From the NCBI RefSeq assembly GCF_049337375.1, contig NZ_JBMPIV010000001.1: a DNA stretch of 64,000 nt; one strand, written 5' to 3'. Of the stretch, positions 1 to 7,672 are shown one piece after another (the stretch's first letter is position 1; each line of letters starts with the position of its first letter). Below the pieces are notes generated by a model. It was given only the letters and a program-made list of their open reading frames with translations, did not search any database and was not told where the DNA came from. The DNA comes from Nannocystis pusilla (GTDB taxonomy: Bacteria > Myxococcota_A > Polyangia > Nannocystales > Nannocystaceae). Position numbers and translations under genes: made by a program.

Positions 1-442
1 ACACGTCCTCGCCGGCGTCGACGTGAAACCACAGGCTGTCGTCGGGCGCGCGCATGAGGCCGCGCAGGTGCGGTCCCCAACCGCCGTGCATCTCGACGTA
101 GGCGCGGTTGTCGTCGGTGACGAGCGTCAGGGCGACCTCCGGCGGTGGAAGGGTCTCGGTGGTGTTGGCGGCGGTCGTGCCCGTGGTCGTGGGGGTCGGT
201 TCGTCGCCGGTGGTCGAGGTGGAGATGGGCTCGCCGGTGGTGGTGGTGGTCGTCGTCGTGGCGACCTCGGTGGTCGCGAACGTGGTGGATGGATCGGCGG
301 CGGTGGTGCCGGAGGACGTGAGCGGAGGATTGTCGGTGGTGCCGGCGCCGTTCGCCGGACAACCAGCGAGCAGCAGCGCGGCTGCGAGGCGGAGCGATCG
401 AGGGACACGCAGGTGGCGGACGCCAGCCTCGGCGATGAGCAT
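1..442 (-). CDS. Partial lipoprotein (N-terminal 147 aa in window; rest lies beyond the window start) with Thr-rich linker
   Basis: Minus-strand frame from ATG at 442: MLIAEAGVRHLRVPRSLRLAAALLLAGC (lipobox) followed by T/S-rich low-complexity tract. GC3 is very high. The ORF runs off the window edge. Confidence 0.5.
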   Translation of the reverse strand, partial: MLIAEAGVRHLRVPRSLRLAAALLLAGCPANGAGTTDNPPLTSSGTTAADPSTTFATTEVATTTTTTTTGEPISTSTTGDEPTPTTTGTTAANTTETLPPPEVALTLVTDDNRAYVEMHGGWGPHLRGLMRAPDDSLWFHVDAGEDV

Positions 443-521
443 GGCGGCAGTGTGACGCGAGGTCGCGCGCGGGCTCAAGTCGCGGCCCGGCGCGAGGACG
501 CGCCGGGCGAGCGGCCGGCCC

Positions 522-1277
522 TCAGAAGCCGCAGCAGGTCGCTGCCTTGTCGACGATGGCGTCGCCCGCGTCGCAGACGCCCTCGGCCGCGCACTCGCCG
601 ACGGTCACGCCGTCCTCGAGGCAGGTGCAGGTCTGAGCGTCGCAGACCATCCGCTGCACCGGGCCGTCGGGGCACTCGAGCTGGACCTCGCACTCGTCGC
701 CGCCGCCGATCACGCTCTGGGCGCACTCGTCCCCGGCGCAGGCGTCGGTGACCGCGGCCTTCTGTTCGCTGCACATCGCGCTGTTCTCGTCGACGGACGC
801 CAGCAGGTCGTCGCAGCTCAAGCCGGTGAAGCAGGCGAGGACGTCGAGGTTGGCCTGCTTGCATTCGCCGGCGAGTCCCCACTGATTGTCGCTGCAGCCG
901 TCGATGCAGCCGGCGAGGTCGGGCTGGAAGCCGCACTCGCCCCAGCGCTCGCAGTAGGCCTGGCAGGCGTTCAGGGCGTCGGGATCGAGGCCGCCGGTGG
1001 TGGTGTCGGCGTCGGTGGTCGCGCCGGTGTCGGTCGACGGATCGCCGGTGGTCGCGTCGGTGGTGGTCTCGCCGTCGCTGACGCTGGTGGTGGGAATGGC
1101 CCCGGTGGTGGCCTCGCTGGAGCTGGTCGGCGACTCGTCGGTGGTCGCGGCGGTGTCGTCGGTGGTCGGCCCGTCCGCAGTCGCGGCGGTGGTGTCCCCG
1201 GGGCCGTCGCCGTCGTCGCCGCAGGCGCCGGTGAAGAGGAGCATCGCAAAGGTGGAGACGAAGATTCGTGCTGACAT
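522..1277 (-). CDS. Secreted lipoprotein with Thr/Asp-rich linker and Cys-rich (16 Cys) C-terminal domain
   Basis: Internal start MSARIFVSTFAMLLFTGAC (signal peptide plus lipobox) within ORF 522..1688. Linker TTAATADGPTTDDTAATTDE... C-terminal domain has many paired Cys. The upstream part of the listed ORF is Arg/Pro-rich junk. Confidence 0.65.
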   Translation of the reverse strand: MSARIFVSTFAMLLFTGACGDDGDGPGDTTAATADGPTTDDTAATTDESPTSSSEATTGAIPTTSVSDGETTTDATTGDPSTDTGATTDADTTTGGLDPDALNACQAYCERWGECGFQPDLAGCIDGCSDNQWGLAGECKQANLDVLACFTGLSCDDLLASVDENSAMCSEQKAAVTDACAGDECAQSVIGGGDECEVQLECPDGPVQRMVCDAQTCTCLEDGVTVGECAAEGVCDAGDAIVDKAATCCGF

Positions 1278-1679
1278 GATAATCCTACGGGGTGCTGCGA
1301 TTCGCGGGCCCGAAGCCGGCCGCGTCGCCGCGCCACGCCGGAGTAGCTGCGAGAGGCGCAGCGGCGGATCACGCCGGGGGCGAGGAGGGCCCGTCGCGTC
1401 CGCACGCGGGGGCGCGGACGACGGTGAAACCAATCGGTCGGGCGCCTCGGTGATGCGAAATGCCACAGGTCTCGTGGGTGCCCGGCCGGTGACCCTCACC
1501 TTTTGCGCACCGGGGGCAGCGGCGCGTTCGTGAGCGACGCCCGGGGACCGTCTGTCCGCGCTCGGCGAGGCATCACGCTGTCGCTCGTGCGACGGCGCGG
1601 ATGCATATGGATGAGAGAGCCACGCGCGGTCGGCTCGGACGAGGGGGGGTGCTGCGGCGCGCCCGAGCGGGCCTTGTGA

Positions 1680-1749
1680 CATGTCCATTCAGAAATGTCC
1701 ATGTGGTAATGTTGAATGAGACATGTCCTATCATGCATGTCTAAGAGAG
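1680..1749. repeat. Array of five 14-bp units with CATGTCC core (CATGTCCattcaga / aATGTCCatgtggt / aATGTTGaatgaga / CATGTCCtatcatg / CATGTCTaagagag)
   Basis: Direct reading of the sequence. Lies in the divergent intergenic region between the lipoprotein gene and the blaI-like gene. Member of the dispersed family described in findings. Confidence 0.6.
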
Positions 1750-1908
1750 CACGTCGGATCCGGGCGAGCCCATTAAAGGAGGCCGCGCGACGCTCGGCGC
1801 AAAATGCGCGATCGGCTGCTGACATGTACGAAAGTGCAGGTAGGAGCGGTATCGCGCGCCTGCTCTGGAAGGCCGCCAGGGGCCGTGAATTCTCGCTTGA
1901 CGGCTTAC

Positions 1909-1918
1909 TACACATGTA
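1909..1918. promoter_or_regulatory. Putative BlaI/CopY-type operator (TACAcaTGTA, TACAnnTGTA form), overlapped by palindrome GTAGTACTAC (1916..1925)
   Basis: TACAnnTGTA inverted half-sites sit 19 bp upstream of the blaI-like ATG. The BlaI/MecI/CopY family is known to bind TACA/TGTA boxes. Confidence 0.4.
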
Positions 1919-1936
1919 GTACTACGCTTGTCGTTC

Positions 1937-2338
1937 ATGGGTGAGGTACTCCAGCTCAGCGATCTGCAGCTCGGCCTGCTGCGGATCTTGTGGGACCGCG
2001 GGGAGGCGACGGCGCTCGAGGTGCATGCGGCTCTGGTCGAGCAAGATCGGGGGCTCGCGCCGACGACGGTGTCGACGATGCTGTCGCGATTGGAGAAGAA
2101 GGGGACCATCGCGCACCGCACGGAGGGCCGGCAGTTCATCTACCGGGCGCTCGTGTGCGAGGGGGACGTGAGGCGCTCGATGCTGGGCAGGCTCACCGAT
2201 TACTTCTTCGGCGGGGACGTGGCGGCGCTGGTCAGCCACCTCGTCGAAGGCCGCTGCGTCGAACCGGACGACGTCGCGCGCCTGCAACAACTAGTGGCCG
2301 AACGGTCCGGCGGAGCTGAGGAACACGACGATGTTTGA
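1937..2338 (+). CDS. BlaI/MecI/CopY-family transcriptional repressor (penicillinase-repressor family winged helix)
   Basis: Protein ...LSDLQLGLLRILWDRGEATALEVHAALVEQDRGLAPTTVSTMLSRLEKKGTIAHRTEGRQFIYRAL... is typical of this family. Its 3' end overlaps the start of the downstream M56 gene by 8 nt. The ORF track starts at TTG 1928; the first ATG is at 1937. Confidence 0.8.
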   Translation: MGEVLQLSDLQLGLLRILWDRGEATALEVHAALVEQDRGLAPTTVSTMLSRLEKKGTIAHRTEGRQFIYRALVCEGDVRRSMLGRLTDYFFGGDVAALVSHLVEGRCVEPDDVARLQQLVAERSGGAEEHDDV

Positions 2339-4502
2339 TCTTGCGATCGATCCTGCCGGCCTCGCCGGTCTCGCGGCGCCTGCCGCTCACACGACGGTGA
2401 GCTGGCTCGGCACCTACTTTGTCCACTCGACGGTGCTCATCGGCGGCGTGTGGATGTTCAGCCGCTTCCTGCCGCTCGACGCGCTGACCCGCAGCTTGCT
2501 GTGGAAGACATCGCTGGTCGGCGGGCTGTTCACGGCGACGCTGCAGACGGGGCTCGGCGTCGAGCCGATGTTCGGCCGCGTCACCGTGGCGGCCAGCAGC
2601 CCGGACCTGGGCGCGCCGACGACGGCCCCGGCGCCGCCGCCGGTGGTCGAGGAGGAGCCGGCGACGCTGCTGGTGCCGTTCACCCGCGCGTGCGTCGGCT
2701 GCGAGTCGCACGTGGTGGTGGTCAGCGACGACGACATCACGGCGGTGTTCGCCTCGCCGCCGCTGTTCGTCGACGCGCCGGGCTGGGCGGTCGCGCCGAC
2801 GCCGGCGCCGATGCCCGCGCCGACGACCGCGGCCGCGCCGATGCAGATCGCGACCGCGGGTCCGGTCGGGGGCGTGAGCGCGGCGGTGTGGGCGTTCGCG
2901 GGGCTGTTCGTGTTCGGCGCCGCGGCCTCGCTCGGCCGGCTGGGGATGACGTTCTCTCGCCTGCGCCGCGGGCTCCGCGGTCGTCGCCTGCTGGGCTCGG
3001 GCTCGCTGCGCGAGCGGCTGACGCGGCTTCTGGCCCACGCGCGGCTGCCCGGCCACAGCGTCACGCTGAGCGAGTCGGCGGACATCAGCTCGCCGGTCGC
3101 CCTCACCGGCCGCGAGATCGTGGTGCCGGAGCAGGTGCGCGAGCTGGCGCCGCGGCAGCAGGAGGCGATGCTGGCTCACGAGCTGGCCCACGTGCTGCGC
3201 CGCGATCCGGCGTGGCAGGTGCTGGCGGCGTTCGTCGAGTCGCTGCTGTTCTTCCAGCCGCTCAATCGGGTGGCCCGCCGCGGGATGCAGGAGGCGGCGG
3301 AGGAGCTGTGCGACGACTGGGCGGTCCGTCACACCGGCTCGGAGGTGCACCTGGCGCGCTGCCTGGCCGAGGTCGCGGCGTGGCCTGGTCATCGGGACAT
3401 GTCGGCGTTCGCCAGCCCGATGGCGGGCCACGCCTCGCAGCTGGTGCGCCGGGTGAAGCGGCTACTCGACGTGCAGCTGCGCGACCGCGGGCTGTGGGCG
3501 CGGCGCTGGCGGGTGGCGCTCGGCGCAGCGCTGCTGGCGATGGTGACGTTCGGCGCGCCCGGGCTGTCGATCGCGGCCGAGGCGCAAGGTGCCCCGGAGT
3601 GGCCGACGTTGCCCGACAACGGGCCGGCGCCGCAGCCGACGCTGTCGTTCGTCCACGTGCCCGAGACGCCGATCGTGGCCGTGCGGACGCCGCACCACCA
3701 CGCGGTGCACGGGCACGAGATCATCGTCGTCGAGCATGCGCAGGATCTGACCCGCAAGCAGAAACGACTGCTGCGCCGGGCCGAGCGGCACGCCCGCAAG
3801 GCGGCCAAGCTGCGGGCCAAGAGCGGGCTGTACGCGGTGCCGGCGACTCACGCGGTGTACGTGCCGGTGTCGCACGTGACGCCGCCGACGCCGCCGACGC
3901 CGCCGACGCCGCCGACGCCGCCGACGCCGCCCAGCTTCAAGGTCGTGGTCGCGCACGATCACGACGACTGCGACGACGACGATCACGACGTGATGGTCCG
4001 GCCGATCGCCGTGCCGCACGTGGCCGTCCACCCGCACGTGTTCCACGTGCCGGACATCGACGAGGAGGCGATCGCGGCGCAGGCCGAGGCGATCGCGGCC
4101 CAGGTCGAAGCCCAGCTCGAGGGCCTCGACGAGCAGATCGAGCGCGAGCTGGAGAGCATCGACTTCGACAAGATCGCGGCCGACGTGCAGCGCGGGGTCC
4201 AGGCGTCGCTCCGCGGCGTCGAGAGGGCGCGCGAGCAGGCGGACCGGGCGCGCGAGCGGGCGGACCGGGCGCGTGAGCAGGGCGAGCGGGCGCGCGAGCA
4301 GGGCGAGCGGGCGCGCGAGCGGGCCGAGCGGGCGCGCGAGCGGGCCGAGCGGCAGGCCGAGAAGGGCCGCCGCAAGGCCGACGCCTCGCGGGCCGCAGCC
4401 GCGGTCCGCAGCGCGGTCGACGAGGCCCTGCGCGACGGGGTGATCGACGCCGAGGAGCAGCGCAAGATCAGCGAGGCGGCCCGCCAGGCCCGCGTGAAGT
4501 GA
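2331..4502 (+). CDS. BlaR1/MecR1-like M56 family membrane metalloprotease / signal transducer with unusual C-terminal tail
   Basis: N-terminal TM helices and HEXXH zincin motif (HELAHVLRRD) in an M56-like context. A TM segment follows the protease domain. The tail carries a (PPT)x5 run, a His/Asp-rich segment (HDHDDCDDDDHD, HVAVHPHVFHVP) and six RARExx(D/E) heptads. Forms an operon with the upstream repressor. Confidence 0.8.
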   Translation: MFDLAIDPAGLAGLAAPAAHTTVSWLGTYFVHSTVLIGGVWMFSRFLPLDALTRSLLWKTSLVGGLFTATLQTGLGVEPMFGRVTVAASSPDLGAPTTAPAPPPVVEEEPATLLVPFTRACVGCESHVVVVSDDDITAVFASPPLFVDAPGWAVAPTPAPMPAPTTAAAPMQIATAGPVGGVSAAVWAFAGLFVFGAAASLGRLGMTFSRLRRGLRGRRLLGSGSLRERLTRLLAHARLPGHSVTLSESADISSPVALTGREIVVPEQVRELAPRQQEAMLAHELAHVLRRDPAWQVLAAFVESLLFFQPLNRVARRGMQEAAEELCDDWAVRHTGSEVHLARCLAEVAAWPGHRDMSAFASPMAGHASQLVRRVKRLLDVQLRDRGLWARRWRVALGAALLAMVTFGAPGLSIAAEAQGAPEWPTLPDNGPAPQPTLSFVHVPETPIVAVRTPHHHAVHGHEIIVVEHAQDLTRKQKRLLRRAERHARKAAKLRAKSGLYAVPATHAVYVPVSHVTPPTPPTPPTPPTPPTPPSFKVVVAHDHDDCDDDDHDVMVRPIAVPHVAVHPHVFHVPDIDEEAIAAQAEAIAAQVEAQLEGLDEQIERELESIDFDKIAADVQRGVQASLRGVERAREQADRARERADRAREQGERAREQGERARERAERARERAERQAEKGRRKADASRAAAAVRSAVDEALRDGVIDAEEQRKISEAARQARVK
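4224..4349 (+). repeat. Six tandem 21-bp repeats (cgggcgcgcgagc[ag]gg[cg][cg]ga[cg]) encoding RARE(Q/R)(A/G)(D/E) heptads in the BlaR1-like tail
   Basis: Direct reading. Units are near-identical at the DNA level, so the tract could vary by slippage. Confidence 0.7.
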
Positions 4503-4517
4503 GGCGATAGTTTCGCA

Positions 4518-4600
4518 GATGTCCGGGGGGACATGCTCGTGCGAGCATGTCCCCTTTTTCATGGCCCGATGGGCATGGCTTTTGGGCATTTCCGGCGCTC
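4518..4600. repeat. Array of about six 14-bp units with CATGTCC-like cores (gATGTCC, CATGCTC, CATGTCC, CATGGCC, CATGGCT, CATTTCC)
   Basis: Direct reading. Lies between the convergent BlaR1-like and YceI genes. The first three units form the terminator hairpin listed separately. Confidence 0.55.
4527..4559 (+). terminator. Rho-independent terminator (perfect 13-bp stem GGGGACATGCTCG/CGAGCATGTCCCC, 2-nt loop, then TTTTT)
   Basis: Hairpin plus T-run 25 bp after the BlaR1-like stop codon. Every base pair was checked. Confidence 0.6.
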
Positions 4601-4673
4601 GCGGCCTGCGGGGCGCGCGGCCAATGATGCGCGGCCGGGCGGGTCGGCGCGGAGACCGAGCGCGGTCGCGCGG

Positions 4674-5228
4674 TCAGGGGGCTGCCCAGGTGCAGGGGTC
4701 GGGCGTGGTCTCGCCGCCGGCGGTGGGATCGGCGGGCAGGTCGAGGGAGACGACGATGCGGTCCTGCAGCTTGATCGCGCCGGCCAGCGCCTTGTACGGG
4801 GCGATGCCCCACTGCGAGGGCACGAGCGTGAAGTCGGCGCGCAGGCGGTCGCCCTCGACGCGGACCGGGGCGCGCACCGGGGCTGTCCTTCCGAGCATGA
4901 CCAATCGGCCATCCAGGACGCCGCCGGGGGTGAGCGCGCCGGTGAAGCTGACCTCCGGGTGCTGCGCGGTCAGCAGGATCTCGTCGGTGATGTTGCGCTG
5001 GATCTTGGCCTTGTCGCCGGCGCCGAGGCCGTCGACGTCGACGCGCCCGTCCTTGCCGACGACGCCGTCGACCCTCAAGGTGGCCGGCCAGAAGCGACCG
5101 CTGAGCGCGGTGCCTTCGCGGCGGATCTCGAAGCGACCCAGCGACAGCCGAAGGTCGTGGGCGAGCCGCGCGAGCAGGCCGTCCTTGAAAGTGAAGACGT
5201 GGATCGTGCCTTTGTCCTGCGTAGTCAT
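4674..5228 (-). CDS. YceI-like family protein
   Basis: Internal start MTTQDKGTIHVFTFKDGLLARLAHDLRL... within ORF 4674..5702. Sequence is YceI-like throughout. The upstream part of the ORF is junk. Confidence 0.8.
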   Translation of the reverse strand: MTTQDKGTIHVFTFKDGLLARLAHDLRLSLGRFEIRREGTALSGRFWPATLRVDGVVGKDGRVDVDGLGAGDKAKIQRNITDEILLTAQHPEVSFTGALTPGGVLDGRLVMLGRTAPVRAPVRVEGDRLRADFTLVPSQWGIAPYKALAGAIKLQDRIVVSLDLPADPTAGGETTPDPCTWAAP

Positions 5229-5248
5229 GGGAATTCCCGGTCCATTGC

Positions 5249-5449
5249 CTATGTTGCCGGTCCGTCGCCAAACGGGCCGGCGGGCGTCGGGTCGAGGGCG
5301 GCCACCGCGAGGGCAGCCATTTCCATATCGTCGATGTGGATGTAGTAGCGCATCGTCGTTTCGAGCGTGCTGTGACGGGCTAGCTTCTGCAAGGCCAGCG
5401 GGGGCACACCGGCCTGCGCGGCGAGCGTCAGGGCGGTGTGTCGGTGCAT
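5249..5449 (-). pseudogene. C-terminal fragment (about 60 aa) of a tyrosine recombinase / phage integrase
   Basis: ...HRHTALTLAAQAGVPPLALQKLARHSTLETTMRYYIHI matches the conserved R...H-x-x-R...Y catalytic C-terminus of tyrosine recombinases. No upstream integrase body is present; the adjacent minus-strand ORF is unrelated. Confidence 0.55.
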
Positions 5450-5565
5450 GTGAGGGCCCTTGGGCGCAACACCCGCTGCTCGCTGGATGGCATGGACCCG
5501 AGTGGCAAGGGGGGACTCCCGAGCTGACTATTGACGACCAGCCGCCGGGCGACCAGGCGCGAGCC

Positions 5566-5760
5566 ATGGCGGCCAAGCCCGTCAACAAGCTGGCCGAGTG
5601 GGCCGACAGCTCGAACGGCGACAACCGCCTCGGCGGCCCGTTCGCGGGCCAGCCGAAGAAGGTCAGCATCCCGCAGGTCGACAGCAGGACCTCGAGCGCC
5701 ATCCAGGGCGTTGGCGTCGATGACGCGGGCTTCTCCTGGCCGCTCGCAAAGTCCGGCTAG
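5566..5760 (+). CDS. Small hypothetical protein (64 aa)
   Basis: MAAKPVNKLAEWADSSNGDNRLGGPFAGQPKKVSIPQVDSRTSSAIQGVGVDDAGFSWPLAKSG. Nearly every codon ends in G/C and the composition is not Arg-rich. Adjacent to the integrase remnant. Confidence 0.35.
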   Translation: MAAKPVNKLAEWADSSNGDNRLGGPFAGQPKKVSIPQVDSRTSSAIQGVGVDDAGFSWPLAKSG

Positions 5761-6602
5761 CCGAAGATCCGCGACCAGAGGCTTGTCTTCGGGCTCGGCG
5801 GCGCCGCCATGTCGACGAAGCCGGTCAGGCTGTCCTCCGGGCCGTTGGCGAAGAACTTCATCGCCTTGGCCAGGAGGTAGAGCTCGGCGGGCCCGGAGCG
5901 GACCGTGCATGCGAAGGCGAAGGGGACGACGCCGGCCTGGTCGCGGCGGATCCATCGCCCACCGGCGACCTTCCGCAGAGCCTCACCGGCGAAGGCGCCG
6001 AGGTCGAACACGGCCCGCCAGTAGGCCGGGTCGTCGGTGAGCGGGGGACGAGCCAGCTCCGTCTCGAGCTGCAACAGGTGGTCGCCCGTGAATTCCAGGT
6101 TGCGTTCGGCCGCGACTCTTTGCGCGATCCGGGACAGGGCGAGGTCGGCGAGGTCCTCGGGCGCGCGCAGGCCGTCGTGGGGGATGTGGCTCGACCCGTG
6201 GATCAGGTACCCGCCCGCCGAAGCGACGGCCTCTTGGACAGGATCCGGCGGCACCTCGGTGAAGACATAGTGGAGCCGGGGCCGACCCTCCGGCTTCATG
6301 CGCAGTGGGTTCAGCGTCCGGACCAGCGCGAACAGCGTCGAGTAGTCGAGGTCTTGCTCGATCTCGGAGGCCGGGCGCTCGTCCGTCTGGACGAAGCAGG
6401 TCTCGCCATCTTCTGCCAGGAAACTTCCGTGGGCCGTCTTCAGGGATCCGTACATGGGCTGCGCTCCCGGCCAAGCTACAGCGCCGGCGAGCCCGCGGTC
6501 CACGACGAAGCGGCGACTCGCCTCGTCGGTGAGCGGCGTGACACGATGGACGCCAGGCGGGACCGCCATGTTTCCGTCGACAGGCTCATGGTCGCGGGAC
6601 AA
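5757..6602 (-). CDS. Hypothetical protein (281 aa, no recognised domain)
   Basis: Long ORF with protein-like composition. The ORF-track start is TTG at 6602; the first ATG (MAVPPGVHRV...) is at 6569. Confidence 0.55.
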   Translation of the reverse strand: MSRDHEPVDGNMAVPPGVHRVTPLTDEASRRFVVDRGLAGAVAWPGAQPMYGSLKTAHGSFLAEDGETCFVQTDERPASEIEQDLDYSTLFALVRTLNPLRMKPEGRPRLHYVFTEVPPDPVQEAVASAGGYLIHGSSHIPHDGLRAPEDLADLALSRIAQRVAAERNLEFTGDHLLQLETELARPPLTDDPAYWRAVFDLGAFAGEALRKVAGGRWIRRDQAGVVPFAFACTVRSGPAELYLLAKAMKFFANGPEDSLTGFVDMAAPPSPKTSLWSRIFG

Positions 6603-6631
6603 CCGAGCGGCGGCGGGGGCGAGAGCTCATC

Positions 6632-6673
6632 GCTGTCCGAAAAGATATGTCTTTAAAAACATGGCCGAACGGG
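6632..6673. repeat. Three 14-bp units (gCTGTCCgaaaaga / tATGTCTttaaaaa / CATGGCCgaacggg)
   Basis: Direct reading. Lies in the divergent intergenic region upstream of the nitroreductase gene. Confidence 0.45.
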
Positions 6674-6911
6674 CAGAGAGAGGTGCGGCGGCGAGGCGGT
6701 CCGATGCGCTGTCCGTCCCATGCCGCGCCGGAGAGGTCGGGCCGGACGCGGTCGATTCTCACGAACTGCAGGCGCATGGGGCAGAAATCGTGTGGTCGAG
6801 GCTGGCCGCATTCAGCGCGCCGAGGGGCATCCGGCGGCTCGGCGGGGGCAGGTACGTGGATCCTGACGGCTCCGGCTTGACGGCGCGGGCGGGGCGCGAG
6901 ACAGCTACGGC

Positions 6912-7514
6912 ATGACGGACGCACGCCTGCTCGACCTCATGCTCGCCCGCCGCAGCGCCCCCGTGTTGAAGGAACCGGGCCCGACCCGCGCCGAGCTCGC
7001 GCGCATCCTCGCGGCCGCGGGTACGGTGCCCGACCACGGCTCGCTGCGGCCGTTCCGCTTCGTGGTGGCGGAGGGGGAAGGGCGGGCGGCCTTCGGCGAC
7101 GCGCTGGCCGAAACTGCGGCCGAACACCGCCCGGGGATGCCGGCGGCGGGGCTCGAGAAGATCCGCGCCAAGGCGTTCCGCTCGCCGACGCTCGTCGCCG
7201 TGATCGCCTCGCCGCGCAACGACAAGATCGAGCGCTGGGAGCAGCACGCGACCGCCGCCTGCGCCGGCTATGCGGTGGTCCTCGCCGCCCACGCGCTCGG
7301 CGTCGGCGCCAACTGGAAGAGCGTCCCGTTCACCCGCGGCGCGGCGCTGACCCGCGTCCTCGGCCTGAGCGCCGAGGAGGAGATGTTCGGGTGGATCCAC
7401 CTCGGTCGCGCCAGCGACGAGGCCGCCCCGGCCCCGCGTCCTCCGCTGGTCCTGGCCGAATTCGCCAGCGTGCTCGACGGCAGCGGCGCGCGCCGGGCCT
7501 TCGACGAGCGGTGA
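6912..7514 (+). CDS. Nitroreductase family protein
   Basis: Sequence LDLMLARRSAPVLKEPGPTRAELARILAAAGTVPDHGSLRPFRFVVAEGEGRAAF...WKS is typical of NAD(P)H nitroreductase-fold proteins. Confidence 0.8.
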   Translation: MTDARLLDLMLARRSAPVLKEPGPTRAELARILAAAGTVPDHGSLRPFRFVVAEGEGRAAFGDALAETAAEHRPGMPAAGLEKIRAKAFRSPTLVAVIASPRNDKIERWEQHATAACAGYAVVLAAHALGVGANWKSVPFTRGAALTRVLGLSAEEEMFGWIHLGRASDEAAPAPRPPLVLAEFASVLDGSGARRAFDER

Positions 7515-7672
7515 CGCCGAACGAGCGACCGCGGAGCCGTCGCTCCTCCGCCACGGGCTCGAGCTGACGGCCCTCCTCACGGTCTGAGTCCACGCGGTCG
7601 TGCGCGGGCCGCTCGCCGGTCGGCGGTGACGCGACGGCTCGCCCGGACCTCGGCCGTGCTCGACGCCGACGA

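Noticed and set aside
1813-1832. Second possible BlaI box (gctgACATGTACga) upstream of the repressor gene
   Set aside because: It does not fit TACAnnTGTA. It is just another ACATGT core like those of the 14-bp family.
2450-4276. 608-aa ORF in the +3 frame overlapping the BlaR1-like gene; also other very long Arg/Gly/Pro-rich ORFs (e.g. 2232..3431 -, 9651..10316 -, 16025..18616 +, 17046..19019 -, 21506..22849 +, 24504..25238 -, 25893..27965 -, 28938..30461 -, 42618..43361 +, 61823..63919 -)
   Set aside because: Composition is dominated by R, G, A and P. Each is overlapped in another frame or strand by a gene with clear domain motifs and high GC3. These are typical off-frame or antisense open frames in 70%-GC DNA.
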